This document shows, piece by piece, positions 19,302-28,720 of a stretch of DNA of 43,123 bases. Within the stretch, counting starts at the first letter, position 1, and each line of letters begins with the position of its first letter. The position numbers were made by a program, and so were the translations under genes. Source of the DNA: Candidatus Zhuqueibacterota bacterium 4484_87. GTDB taxonomy: Bacteria; Zhuqueibacterota; Zhuqueibacteria; Thermofontimicrobiales; Thermofontimicrobiaceae. The notes under the pieces were generated by a model. That model saw only the letters and a list, made by a program, of their open reading frames with translations, did not search any database and was not told the origin of the DNA. Where the stretch lies: positions 9,628 through 52,750 of the forward strand of contig NATN01000001.1 of assembly GCA_002085355.1 (NCBI GenBank), read 5' to 3'.

Positions 19302-20513
19302 TTATTTTATTTTAAAATTATCGTATAGATTTGTTAATTCCCTTGCAGATAGTGACCAATTATATTTTTTGATGACAGCTTGCTTTCCGTTTTTGCCATA
19401 TTCTTTTGATGCATTTTTGATTGTCAGTACAGCGCGGGCAAAATCATCCGGTGAATGGGAGCGAAAGATTTCCCCGCATTTTGTCTCACGGACGATTCTT
19501 GCCATAGCTTTTGCGTCGGACACAATGACCGGTTTTCCCAGCGCCATGTACTGAAAAAGTTTATGCGGCACGCCGTTATCAATCAAATCATTGGATGGCT
19601 GGGGAATGATGCAGATATTTGCCGCTGCAATATAGGAAGGAGTTTTTTCAAAATCAACCCAGCCTGTGAATTCCACAAACTTTGAAATCCCCAAATTTTC
19701 TATCAACTTTTCCAGCTCTTCCCTGATACCGCCATCGCCGACGAGGATCATTTTTAAATTCGGAATCTGCGGCGCTAAAATTTTTACCCCCTGAATCGCA
19801 ACTTCCAGTTCACGTTCCGGACTGAAATTGCCCACATAGGTCAGGACAAAATTCTCTTGATATTTTTCAACTATTTCTGCATCGATTTTTAATTGGATAT
19901 ATTTATCCGTTTGCACAGTATTACCAACGATGTGTATCTTTTGCGGATTGATGCCAATAGAAGTGAGCATTTCTTTATGCTCTTCAATGACAACGATAAT
20001 TTTTTCGCACAATTTCAGGCTCATTTTTTCTAATTTTCTTGCAAATGCGGGGTTGCGAAATAAGCCGGGCAGAAATCCTTTTCTGCCCCAGACCTCCAGA
20101 GCCGCGGGATAGTTTTCGTGCATGTCAAAAACAGCGGGTAATCTAAAAAGTTTTCCGACGAAAATCGCACCCAGAGCCAACGGAAGATCGTGGACGTGAA
20201 TGAAATCGATTTTGTGAAGGCGACAGGCTTTTGCAATGTAGAAGAGCCAGATGGGATTGAAAGAAAGCGGCACGCCAAAAAGTGATTGCAGATTTTTCCT
20301 GCCAAGTCGAAAGCGAGGCAAGCGGATGATGTGAAAATTCCCGTTGATTGTTTCGAATCGCGGCAGATTTTTTTTATTATTGCAAAGCAAATAAACCTGA
20401 TACCCGTTTTGAGTGAGCGCGTCGATTTCCTTTTCCAGCCTAATGTCAGGTGGGAAATCGCTCTGGAGGACCATTAAAATATTTGCTTTGTAGGTTAGGG
20501 CGTCCTGCTTCAT
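19302..20513 (-). CDS. Family 4 (GT-B, group 1) glycosyltransferase
   Basis: The 403-aa product has a C-terminal GT1 motif region, FTGWV...ICIIPQPS...PHKLFQYMALGKPVIVSD. Confidence 0.8.
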   Translation of the reverse strand: MKQDALTYKANILMVLQSDFPPDIRLEKEIDALTQNGYQVYLLCNNKKNLPRFETINGNFHIIRLPRFRLGRKNLQSLFGVPLSFNPIWLFYIAKACRLHKIDFIHVHDLPLALGAIFVGKLFRLPAVFDMHENYPAALEVWGRKGFLPGLFRNPAFARKLEKMSLKLCEKIIVVIEEHKEMLTSIGINPQKIHIVGNTVQTDKYIQLKIDAEIVEKYQENFVLTYVGNFSPERELEVAIQGVKILAPQIPNLKMILVGDGGIREELEKLIENLGISKFVEFTGWVDFEKTPSYIAAANICIIPQPSNDLIDNGVPHKLFQYMALGKPVIVSDAKAMARIVRETKCGEIFRSHSPDDFARAVLTIKNASKEYGKNGKQAVIKKYNWSLSARELTNLYDNFKIK

Positions 20514-20726
20514 AAAATTTTTTGATTAGCAACGGTTTATCTTTTATTGTGAAATGTACACAAATATAAGAAAAAAGTTTACAAATTCAAATAAAATTTT
20601 ACATTTGTTGGGAATGTTGTTGTTTAAATTTTAGCAAATCGGTTGTCCGCACTGATAAACTGAAACAGTTATTAGAAATTTGCTTGTTGCACTTGGAACG
20701 TGACCTCAGAGTTCCCCTGTTGAAAT

Positions 20727-20764
20727 AAAAAAAGGCCAGCCGAAATTCTCGACTGACCTTTTTA
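20727..20764 (-). terminator. Intrinsic terminator after the eight-gene ExbBD/TPR operon
   Basis: The sequence aaaaaaaGGcCAGcCGAaattcTCGaCTGaCCttttt forms a GC-containing stem with symmetric bulges. It is flanked by an A-run and a T-run, and on the minus strand it is followed by TTTTTTTATTT. It lies 40 nt downstream of the stop at 20802. Confidence 0.55.
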
Positions 20765-20801
20765 ATAACGTCCTTCCGACTTTCGTCAGAATTGGCGACG
20801 T

Positions 20802-22175
20802 TTAATTTAACTTTGCAAACTGGAACGGGAAAATAAAGGTCACTGAGCCCGAATCAATGGGTTTAAACTTGAGCCGCTTGACCAAAGCCAAAATTTCACG
20901 CTCCATAGGTGGATAGTTCAGCGTAGATTCGATCACACGAGCGGAAGCGACATTACCATTTGCCGCGATCGTGAATTCGATGGACACTTTCCCGCGCAAT
21001 GTAGGTTTAATTTTCAGGTACTTATTGTAAATATAAGTAATCTGACCCTGACGCGAATTGACTGTCTGAAACACGGATTCTTCGGAGCGATAGCCCACTG
21101 CGTCGGTTGTGCCTCTCGTTGCCCGTGGTTTTACCAGATCAACAACCGTTCTCTTTTTCAACTTAACAGAGGGCACTGTCTCTGTTGCATCCATAGAAGA
21201 AAGAATATCATCAATACCGCCGCTGCCACCAGTGCCAATTAATTGATCCAGCGGATCTTCTGCATCTTTGGTATTGCTCTTCCCGACTTTCAGATTAGTC
21301 CCGCCGCCAAGGATGTTGTTCAAGTCTGCGACCAGACCTTTGTCCACCAGTGCATCGATGATGGAACTTGATTTGCCGGCAGCTCCGCCATTTGCACCGC
21401 CGATCACTGCCAATAAGCCCCGTGACGCAACGCGATTTCCTCTGCCTGATGATCGACGACCGGAACTTTTGCTGCCGGATTTGTTCGATTTACCGGATTT
21501 TTTATCGTTGGATTTTTTGTCACTTTCCGATGTACCAGTATTGGCGGCGACGCTCGAGGTGGCTTCGTTCAAAATTTCGTCCGGAGTTTTGGGGATGAAA
21601 CGAGCCAGTCGTTCGGGAATTTTGTCAATGTTGATCTCTTTCTTTTGGATAATCTGATAATCCTTCAAAGCGTAAAGAATGAGCGCATTCACAATGAGCA
21701 AAATTGTAAAAATGGATTTGAATAACAAGTCAGAGCCCAAACTTTTGATTGTCGCCCGTGTCCAAGAAAAAACCGGTGATTTGACTGCGACCGATTGCTT
21801 GGGTTGAATATATTGAAAAGAGAATTCTATTTTTGTGTCGCCGACAGTGACAACGCCCTGTTTTTCCGGCGTGAGTTTAATGAGATAGGAATCCCCCTGG
21901 CGTGGCAAAATATCGTGACGGATCAAATCCGAGATGTTCAGCGAAGAACTATCCAGCGAGATTTCCCCTTTGATAAACGGCTTGACGTTCAAGGTATAAT
22001 AGCCGTTCTGTTGATCAAACAATACGTGTTGCTTGGGATATTCTGTGCCATACAAAATCAGATTATTGTTCCCGCTTTGCCCAACAGTGAATTGTTTCCC
22101 CTTGGACAAAACATATTGTTTGGAGTGATTGGAACGGCTGACGTTTAAAACGAGATATTTATTTTTTCCTGCCAT
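20802..22175 (-). CDS. Bitopic inner-membrane protein: cytoplasmic FHA-like N-domain, one TM, S/K/G/R-rich linker, AgmX/PglI-type TonB_C-like C-terminal domain (GltG/PglI-like)
   Basis: The 457-aa product has an FHA-like region at aa about 25-120 (FTVGQSGNNNLILYG..PKQHVLFDQQNGYYTLNV...VTVGDTKIEFSF). A TM helix lies at aa about 150-170 (LLFKSIFTILLIVNALILYAL). A low-complexity linker follows (TSESDKKSNDKKSGKSNKSGSKSSGRRSSGRGNR). The C-terminus RGKVSIEFTIAANGNVASARVIES......ILALVKRLKFKPI is typical of TonB_C/AgmX-PglI domains. Confidence 0.6.
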   Translation of the reverse strand: MAGKNKYLVLNVSRSNHSKQYVLSKGKQFTVGQSGNNNLILYGTEYPKQHVLFDQQNGYYTLNVKPFIKGEISLDSSSLNISDLIRHDILPRQGDSYLIKLTPEKQGVVTVGDTKIEFSFQYIQPKQSVAVKSPVFSWTRATIKSLGSDLLFKSIFTILLIVNALILYALKDYQIIQKKEINIDKIPERLARFIPKTPDEILNEATSSVAANTGTSESDKKSNDKKSGKSNKSGSKSSGRRSSGRGNRVASRGLLAVIGGANGGAAGKSSSIIDALVDKGLVADLNNILGGGTNLKVGKSNTKDAEDPLDQLIGTGGSGGIDDILSSMDATETVPSVKLKKRTVVDLVKPRATRGTTDAVGYRSEESVFQTVNSRQGQITYIYNKYLKIKPTLRGKVSIEFTIAANGNVASARVIESTLNYPPMEREILALVKRLKFKPIDSGSVTFIFPFQFAKLN

Positions 22176-22217
22176 TGATTTCGTGTATTTTTAAGTTCAA
22201 ATAAAATTTCAGTCGAA

Positions 22218-22742
22218 TTAGTCCGGCTTGTTCACGGCTAACATGATGTCATTGAAGCCGACTCTGCCGCAGGTAAACATGATCTTTTTAATGATCAGAT
22301 AGGGCAATTCTTTATCAGCCTGAATGGAGATTTTTCCGGTGAAGCCGATATCTGTGTGAATTTCACCAATTTTTTCGCTGATGTGTCGTTTTGTTTTCAA
22401 ATCATTGAGCAAACCAGGAATGAGCAATTGATTTGATCTCATCACATCAGCAACTTTGGCAATAGGTTGTCCGTCCAATAGAATCATTTCGTCTGTGACG
22501 GCGATGATGGACGTGGTTTCCGGCACTTTTTGCGCGGTAGAATTTGGCAGTTTTAAGTCCGGAGCAACAGACATGATTTGGCCTTCTGCGGAATAACTTT
22601 TCAGCAAAAAGACCAATAAAATAGTGAACATGTCGATCATTGACGTTAGTTTCAAAGAGAAAGTCGTATCACGTTTTTTACGACGGCTGCTCACAACATG
22701 AAATGTAAAATCGTCTGGCGTTTGTTGAAAACTTTTCATCAT
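22218..22742 (-). CDS. ExbD/TolR-family biopolymer transport protein (TM Asp retained)
   Basis: The 174-aa product has the TM segment LTSMIDMFTILLVFLL with the conserved Asp (D37), followed by a periplasmic ExbD fold. Confidence 0.85.
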   Translation of the reverse strand: MMKSFQQTPDDFTFHVVSSRRKKRDTTFSLKLTSMIDMFTILLVFLLKSYSAEGQIMSVAPDLKLPNSTAQKVPETTSIIAVTDEMILLDGQPIAKVADVMRSNQLLIPGLLNDLKTKRHISEKIGEIHTDIGFTGKISIQADKELPYLIIKKIMFTCGRVGFNDIMLAVNKPD

Positions 22743-22768
22743 TTTTATTAACCATTCAAAATATGAGT

Positions 22769-23227
22769 TTAACCTGATAGAGATACATTTGGAAAACCAG
22801 TTTCGCGACAGCGATCCATGACCTGAATGATAATGTCGTATTTTACTCTGGCCTCTGGCGCGATGATGATATCCTCCGCATAGGGATATTTGCTTTTGAT
22901 TTGCTTGAGTTGTTGAACCAGCGGCGCGTAATTATACTTGTCGCCAATTCTGTTTACCGGATCAAATTTGAATCCCGGGCTTTTCACCTGAAAACCTTTT
23001 TCTTTGACAGCTAAAATTACCAGCACGAGTTTCTTTTGCTGCTGTACCTGTACCGCGCGGTTTTTACTCAACGTAGGCAATGAAAGCTCAATTACCGCGA
23101 TCTTAACAAAAGCTGCTGTCAGCAATAAAAATGGAATCAAAAGCAGAAAAATATTCATCACGGGAATAATATTGACATCGGCATCGTCAACGTGGCGATC
23201 TCTTCCCAGGGATCTTTTCAGATTCAT
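22769..23227 (-). CDS. ExbD/TolR-family biopolymer transport protein (TM Asp replaced by Asn)
   Basis: The 152-aa product has the TM segment DVNIIPVMNIFLLLIPFLL. The position equivalent to the proton-relay Asp is N25 (codon 23153-23155). Confidence 0.8.
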   Translation of the reverse strand: MNLKRSLGRDRHVDDADVNIIPVMNIFLLLIPFLLLTAAFVKIAVIELSLPTLSKNRAVQVQQQKKLVLVILAVKEKGFQVKSPGFKFDPVNRIGDKYNYAPLVQQLKQIKSKYPYAEDIIIAPEARVKYDIIIQVMDRCRETGFPNVSLSG

Positions 23228-23229
23228 CT

Positions 23230-23874
23230 TTATTTGCCCTTGCTGTTATTTTTCACCAAGATCAATTTGCTGTAAACGCGCGCTACATTTTGATTGATTT
23301 CGTCGATCAGTTCGTTGGTTTTTTCCTGAAGAACTGAATAGGCGATCATACAAGGAATAGCAGAAATCAATCCGAATGCAGTGGTGTTCATTGCCTGGGA
23401 AATACCACCGGATAACAACGTTGCTTTCATCGAAGCGTCGGCAGTTGCGACAGCCTCGAATGAAGTGATGAGACCGAAGATTGTACCCAACAATCCAAGC
23501 AGCGTAGAAACATTGGCAATTGTCGCCAGGTACGGAGTGCGTTTTTCCAGTTTGGGAATTTCTGCCAGTGCGGCTAATTCCAACGCATTCTGAATTTCAG
23601 CCGGGCTCTTGCCTGCTTCTTCAAGGCCGGCACGAAGTACTTTCGGTAGTGCGGCATTAGAGATGCTGCAAAATTCTACAGCGCTTCTGATATTTTTTTG
23701 CTGAATGAAATCGAGCAAACGGTGCATAAAGGCAGCCGTGTCGATTCGATTTCTTCCCAGAATAAAAATGGTGCGTTCAACCATAATGGCGATGCCCGAA
23801 ATTAATACCAGCAGAATAACGTACATGAACGGGCCCCCGGATCTGAAGGAACTTACGATGAAATCCAATTGCAA
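23230..23874 (-). CDS. MotA/TolQ/ExbB-family proton channel
   Basis: The 214-aa product has three TM segments. Its C-terminal signature is TLLGLLGTIFGLI.SF...GGISQAMNTTAFGLI.AIP. Confidence 0.9.
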   Translation of the reverse strand: MQLDFIVSSFRSGGPFMYVILLVLISGIAIMVERTIFILGRNRIDTAAFMHRLLDFIQQKNIRSAVEFCSISNAALPKVLRAGLEEAGKSPAEIQNALELAALAEIPKLEKRTPYLATIANVSTLLGLLGTIFGLITSFEAVATADASMKATLLSGGISQAMNTTAFGLISAIPCMIAYSVLQEKTNELIDEINQNVARVYSKLILVKNNSKGK

Positions 23875-23924
23875 AACCTCCTGTTAGAAAATTGCTAATT
23901 CCAGTTATATCTCGATTGACTTTG

Positions 23925-24326
23925 TTACCATTGAATGTAATCTTTATTTTTGAGTACGGATTTTTTTCTGTACCTGATATTTGTTTTTTCAACGTTGCGA
24001 AAGATAAGATCAAAAAACTGGCGTTCGATGCGAAGCCCGTCAACTTTGGGGTCGCTGCCAGGGACGATAAAAACAGCTTGCGGCTTGGCGATGGTGCCAT
24101 AAATTGTAAGCTGCTTTTGAATGAATTTTTTCACCTGCGTATTGGAGATGATGTTGCCGCTGCTTTTATGATCCTGCTTTTTCGTTTGAGGGTTTTCAGT
24201 AGCAAACTTTGCACCAGAGACTGGCTTGTGCTTAGCAAAACCAAACCTCACGTTGAAAGAAAAAACGAGACCTGTTACGATAACGAAATAGATTGCTCGC
24301 CGGAGCAGGTTTGTCTTATTTTTCAT
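23925..24326 (-). CDS. Small hypothetical membrane-anchored or secreted protein
   Basis: The 133-aa product has an N-terminal hydrophobic anchor (AIYFVIVTGLVFSF). It is translationally coupled (4-nt ATGA-type overlap) to the upstream TPR gene, and its operon position supports the minus-strand ORF over the antisense 204-aa ORF. I recognised no family. Confidence 0.5.
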   Translation of the reverse strand: MKNKTNLLRRAIYFVIVTGLVFSFNVRFGFAKHKPVSGAKFATENPQTKKQDHKSSGNIISNTQVKKFIQKQLTIYGTIAKPQAVFIVPGSDPKVDGLRIERQFFDLIFRNVEKTNIRYRKKSVLKNKDYIQW

Positions 24327-27292
24327 TGGTCATTCCTCTTGATTTGGTTTGTTGGCACAATTCTCTTGGGATTTGCTTCCTGTGAAAGCGCCGAATTTCC
24401 GCCCGACCCGATTTCCAATGAAAGCTTTTCCAGGTGTGCTTTTGTTTTGTCCACCCATTCGTTCTGGATGTTGTTTTTTATCGCATTTCCTAAATTTGCT
24501 TTATAAACATCAATTGCTTTCTTTTTTGCAGCAATGACTTGTTTCCCAATCGCATCCAGATATGCCTGTTTGTCTTCTTCGTTATTGTTGTATTCAGCGG
24601 GAAGCGGAGCGTTTTTGATTGATTCGGCTAATTCTTCAAATGTCATTCCTGTCTTGAACAGCGACGCAGTTGTCCATTCAGCAATTTGATACTTACCGGC
24701 TTCCACATAGTTTTTTATTGCTTCCTGCAAAAAAGTAGTTTTGCGTTTCATGGTTGCTTCAAGGGGTGGCACAATTTTGATCTGTTTGTATTTTTCAAAG
24801 ATAATTTCACCGATCATAAATTGAGCTTTTGCCGGTAAATAATCTTCGACGCTTTTTCTGCCTCTCTTAAATTCTTTGAATTTGTTCACTGTTGTCTGAA
24901 ATTCGGTCATTGCATTGGAAAAATCGTTTTGATTGTATGAAATTTCTCCAATTTTGTACAGCGCTTCAATGATCTGATCCGGATTCGCATTGGGAAATTG
25001 CTGGACAAATTGACGGTATGTATTCTTGCATTTGAACCACAGTTCCAATTGTTCATAACAATTGGCAGCGGCAAGCATCGCACGAGAAGCAAATTGTGAC
25101 GTTCGGCATTCATTCGCCACGCGCATATATTTTTCCGCCGCGTGAATCCAGTCCTGTTTCTTTTCATATAATAGTGCGGCTTTCATGAGCAGTTCATCTT
25201 TGAAACTTACATTGGGTTGTTCTTCCAGCATGCGTTCATAGGCGCGGATCGCCTTGGTAATGTCCTCCGCTTCTTCAAATTGTCCGCCCGCTTCAAAAAT
25301 TGCGGCTTTAGCGATTTGTTCGTCTTTCGTGCTGAACGCTAATTTCAGAAACTCGACAGCGGCGCGGGTGGCTTTACCCTGTTTTTTCAAAGTTTCCGCA
25401 TGTTTGAACTTTGCTGAAGCAACCAGCTTTTTTGATCTGGTGACGACATGGGCGGAATCAGGGAAAGCATCCGCCAGGTTGTTGAACCATTTTTCGGATT
25501 GCTGATATTTGCCCATTTTCAGGTAACACTGCGCGACCATTTTGATGCATTGGCCGTAGTAAGGCGACGTGCGGTATTTAGGCGCCACTGCTTTTTCGTA
25601 AAGTTTAACAGCTAAATCCCAGCGTTGCAAATTGTATAAAGTTTCAGCATATTTGATCATCACTTCCAGCAAGTTTTCACTTTGCGGCTGCTGACGAATA
25701 AAATCGTTACAAGCGCGCATGAGTTTAAACTGAGTTTCTGAAGTCACTTTAATGGGAATGATTGATTCTGTACCACCCCCGGCGAAATCCTCGATGTACA
25801 GAGTGATCGTATCCGAACTAACAGCTTGACGTTCTAAAATTTCGTAATAAGCAAGAATTCGATTAAACGCTGCCGTTTCGCGATATTCGTTATCGCCGTA
25901 AATATTCATCACTTTGTAGTACTCATCTGCTGCTTTATCAAATTCTTGAATTGCGTAATAACATTCTGCCAGATAAAAATTAACCCGCGGCGCCCGTTTG
26001 CTGTCGCGGAATTTTTTCAAATATTCTTCATATTTGTCAATTGCCTTGCGATATTCGCTGGTTTGGTTCTTTTGCTGGGCTTTTGTCTGGAATTCGGTTC
26101 CCAGGGAATACAACATCTCTTCTGACATATTTACTGCAGATTCACGGACGTTTTTTTCCTGATGTTTTTTGAGCCATTCGCTATCGGGCCCGTATCTTTC
26201 CACAAAAGCATTTTTTGCCTCTGTTGCCTGATCTTCATTCATATCCGCTTCATAACATTGGATGATCTCTTTTTGAATTTTCGGTGCATCCGGATAAAAA
26301 GGATAAAGATTTAGCAGCGTCTGATAAACACGGATAGCGTCCTGGTAAAAGTTACGTTTTTTATAGATTTCGCCCATTTTAAGCAGCACGTCCAGTGCAT
26401 AACTTTGAGTTTCGTCTTTACTCAGAATCTCTTCCAGCGATTTCGGCCCGTGGTATTCAGCGAGAGAATGCGCGATGTATTCGATAGCTTCATTGCGCAC
26501 ATCTGCTTTTGTTTTGCCCAACTGTTTGGTGTTCATTCTTTCCAGCAGAGAAATATCGCTGATCAGATAAATGAACGTGCTGATCGCGCTGGTAAAATCG
26601 TTAATGTTGTAATATGACCAACCTAATTTGTAAAGAGCATAGTTGAAATATGGATTATCCCAGCGATCGAGAAGGTGTTCGTATTCTTTGATCGCTTTGT
26701 CAAATTCCCTTTTGCTGAAATAATACTCTCCAAGCCGAAAATGAGCCTCAGCAACACGCGGGCTTTCCGGCGACTCAAAAACCAATTTTTGCAAATAGTC
26801 TTTGGCTTTTTCCTGGTTTCCTTCGTCGAGGTGAGAAATCGCCAGCCGGTACAAAATGCGGTCTTTGTAAGGCAAATTGGGGAATTTCTCCAATAATTGG
26901 TAGCAAAGATCAATGGTTTTCTGCAAATTGATGTGAGGCAAAATCGGTTCGGCGAAAATGTCGCCTTTGTCAAATTTGACGATCTCCTCGTCGTATTTTT
27001 TCATTTTTTGTTTGAATTCAAATTGCGCCTTGCTTGCATATAGCTCTGCCAATTCGAACATCAAATAAGAGATGAACGGCTGATTGGGATATTTTGCAAT
27101 CAACTGTTCATGGTGGGCAATTGTGGCGTTAATGCTCCCGATATCAATGCTTTCTGTTGTATCAGACGCGACATATTTTACCGGAAGTTGATCGATTTTA
27201 TCCGGATTGAATTGATTTTGCGCGATACTTGCTTTTGATATCCACAGACCTGCAAAAACTAAAAGAAAAATGATATACGATTTATTACGCAT
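24323..27292 (-). CDS. Large secreted TPR-repeat protein
   Basis: The 989-aa product has a signal peptide (IIFLLVFAGLWISKASIAQ). Many TPR/YbgF-like repeats run through its length (e.g. AEAHFRLGEYYFSKREFDKAIKEYEHLL, YALYKLGWSYYNINDF). Confidence 0.8.
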   Translation of the reverse strand: MRNKSYIIFLLVFAGLWISKASIAQNQFNPDKIDQLPVKYVASDTTESIDIGSINATIAHHEQLIAKYPNQPFISYLMFELAELYASKAQFEFKQKMKKYDEEIVKFDKGDIFAEPILPHINLQKTIDLCYQLLEKFPNLPYKDRILYRLAISHLDEGNQEKAKDYLQKLVFESPESPRVAEAHFRLGEYYFSKREFDKAIKEYEHLLDRWDNPYFNYALYKLGWSYYNINDFTSAISTFIYLISDISLLERMNTKQLGKTKADVRNEAIEYIAHSLAEYHGPKSLEEILSKDETQSYALDVLLKMGEIYKKRNFYQDAIRVYQTLLNLYPFYPDAPKIQKEIIQCYEADMNEDQATEAKNAFVERYGPDSEWLKKHQEKNVRESAVNMSEEMLYSLGTEFQTKAQQKNQTSEYRKAIDKYEEYLKKFRDSKRAPRVNFYLAECYYAIQEFDKAADEYYKVMNIYGDNEYRETAAFNRILAYYEILERQAVSSDTITLYIEDFAGGGTESIIPIKVTSETQFKLMRACNDFIRQQPQSENLLEVMIKYAETLYNLQRWDLAVKLYEKAVAPKYRTSPYYGQCIKMVAQCYLKMGKYQQSEKWFNNLADAFPDSAHVVTRSKKLVASAKFKHAETLKKQGKATRAAVEFLKLAFSTKDEQIAKAAIFEAGGQFEEAEDITKAIRAYERMLEEQPNVSFKDELLMKAALLYEKKQDWIHAAEKYMRVANECRTSQFASRAMLAAANCYEQLELWFKCKNTYRQFVQQFPNANPDQIIEALYKIGEISYNQNDFSNAMTEFQTTVNKFKEFKRGRKSVEDYLPAKAQFMIGEIIFEKYKQIKIVPPLEATMKRKTTFLQEAIKNYVEAGKYQIAEWTTASLFKTGMTFEELAESIKNAPLPAEYNNNEEDKQAYLDAIGKQVIAAKKKAIDVYKANLGNAIKNNIQNEWVDKTKAHLEKLSLEIGSGGNSALSQEANPKRIVPTNQIKRNDQ

Positions 27293-27310
27293 GACTATTT
27301 GTGCCCCATT

Positions 27311-28702
27311 TTATTTTCCTCTGCTGCTCCCCAATTCCTTCAAGAACAAAGCTCTGGAAACGCCGTATTCTGCATAGCCCCGCCAGTCTTTTCTTCTTTC
27401 CCGGCGTTCCACAAGTTTGTTCATTCGTGCGATTTCTTCCTGCATGTAAACAAGCTGATCCTTTTCAGCACGTAAATTTTCAATCATTTTTTTACGAACT
27501 TCCTGAAGCCGTTTCTTCTCGGTGAGAAGATACTCGGGAATCTTCTGGCCTTTTCCGTCTAACGGAAGCGCATCGAGCAACTTTGTCTCCTCGATGAGGA
27601 GCTTAACTTTCAAATTTTCAATGTGCTGCCGTTGTGATTTCAAATGATAATTAACCTTTTGAACCAAAGCCGGCAAATTCTGTTGATCAGGAAAAATTTC
27701 AAGTATTTTTTTATAAGAAGAAATCGCTTCGTCGTATTGGCCAAGTGCAATGTAGGATTGACCGAGTACGAAATAGGACTCTTCTGCATTTTCGCTGTTA
27801 GGATATTTTTTGACCAATTTATTTAAAACGCGGATTACTTTTTCGTATTCATTTAATTTCAGATAAGCCCAGCCAAGGCCTAACAACGCGTCTTGGTAAT
27901 TTTCATGTTCCTCGGCTATCGAGGAAAGTTGGTCTGCAGCGGCTTTGTATGCTTGTAGTTCATAATAAATGAGCCCAAGCGTCAAGCGCGCATTGTCAAC
28001 AATATTCCGTCGTTCCGGACTGATGACTGGCAGCGCGGTGATTTTTCGGAAGAAATCCACAGAGGCGGCGACATTCGATTTCTTCAGGTAACACAAAGCT
28101 GTCGTGTAAAGGGCATTGGCGTAAAACTCGCTGCGGTCGCCGATTTTCTTGAGCACGTTTATAGCCATGTCATAATTTTTCAGATTGTAATGACTCTGCC
28201 CCGCCAGGTAGCTGGCTTCATTCAGAACTTTTTGATCTCTGGTTTTTTTGATGAGCACATAATAAACGCGCAGCGCTTGTTTGTATTTTCTCTGAGCGTA
28301 ATAATTGTTTTCCAGACCCAACAGCGCTTCGGGGATCATCGGGCTGCGTCGGTATTTTTTTATAAGGAAGTTATATAGTCTGGTGGAGCCGGAATACAAT
28401 TCCTCCTGAAATAAACATTTGCCCAGATAGGTAACTACCTGATCCAATTGGCTGAATTTAGGATAATAATCCATGATAATGACCAATTCTTGAGCCGCTC
28501 TCCAGTACTCTCCCTGATTGTAAAGCTTAACTCCACTGCTAAAAATTTTGTTTGCCGCGCGCTCCATTTCTTTATCCGAACTGTTTTGCGGGAAGTCACT
28601 GGGCGTAGCAGCGTGCACAGCGGCTCCTGAAAAAGAACTGATCAGGATAAAAACTGACGTGACAAAAAGGAGTTTCAATAATATGTGTGAAATAGATTTC
28701 AT
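27311..28702 (-). CDS. Secreted TPR-repeat protein with a C-terminal coiled coil
   Basis: The 463-aa product has a signal peptide (LLFVTSVFILISSFSGAAVHA) and TPR repeats (ALLGLENNYYAQRKYKQALRVY, ALLGLGWAYLKLNEYEKVI, SYFVLGQSYIALGQYDEAISSYKKILE). Its tail is a heptad-rich charged segment. Confidence 0.8.
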   Translation of the reverse strand: MKSISHILLKLLFVTSVFILISSFSGAAVHAATPSDFPQNSSDKEMERAANKIFSSGVKLYNQGEYWRAAQELVIIMDYYPKFSQLDQVVTYLGKCLFQEELYSGSTRLYNFLIKKYRRSPMIPEALLGLENNYYAQRKYKQALRVYYVLIKKTRDQKVLNEASYLAGQSHYNLKNYDMAINVLKKIGDRSEFYANALYTTALCYLKKSNVAASVDFFRKITALPVISPERRNIVDNARLTLGLIYYELQAYKAAADQLSSIAEEHENYQDALLGLGWAYLKLNEYEKVIRVLNKLVKKYPNSENAEESYFVLGQSYIALGQYDEAISSYKKILEIFPDQQNLPALVQKVNYHLKSQRQHIENLKVKLLIEETKLLDALPLDGKGQKIPEYLLTEKKRLQEVRKKMIENLRAEKDQLVYMQEEIARMNKLVERRERRKDWRGYAEYGVSRALFLKELGSSRGK

Positions 28703-28720
28703 AAGCGAACGTTTACTGTC

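Noticed and set aside
20561-20591. Bacteroidetes-type promoter TTTG-N19-TATATTTG (minus strand) upstream of the GT4 gene
   Set aside because: The match is exact to TTTG/TAnnTTTG, but it is the only such hit I found. Other genes here show classic Shine-Dalgarno sites and sigma70-like boxes, so I cannot support calling it a feature or using it for lineage assignment.
21400-21560. Low-complexity AG-rich DNA inside the 457-aa gene, considered as a possible repeat element
   Set aside because: It encodes the S/K/G/R-rich disordered linker between the TM and TonB_C domains. The frame is open and there is no exact tandem unit.
20802-23874. Annotating the ExbB-ExbD-ExbD-TonB_C genes as a standard TonB iron-uptake system or Tol-Pal
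   Set aside because: No TonB-dependent receptor, TolB, Pal or YbgF-only arrangement is present. The TonB-like protein has a large cytoplasmic domain and a non-Pro linker. The standard call is kept only as an alternative hypothesis.
23892-24506. 204-aa plus-strand ORF overlapping the small gene and the end of the TPR gene
   Set aside because: It is antisense to a translationally coupled minus-strand operon. It has no recognisable domains and a Cys/Phe-rich composition typical of reverse-frame noise.
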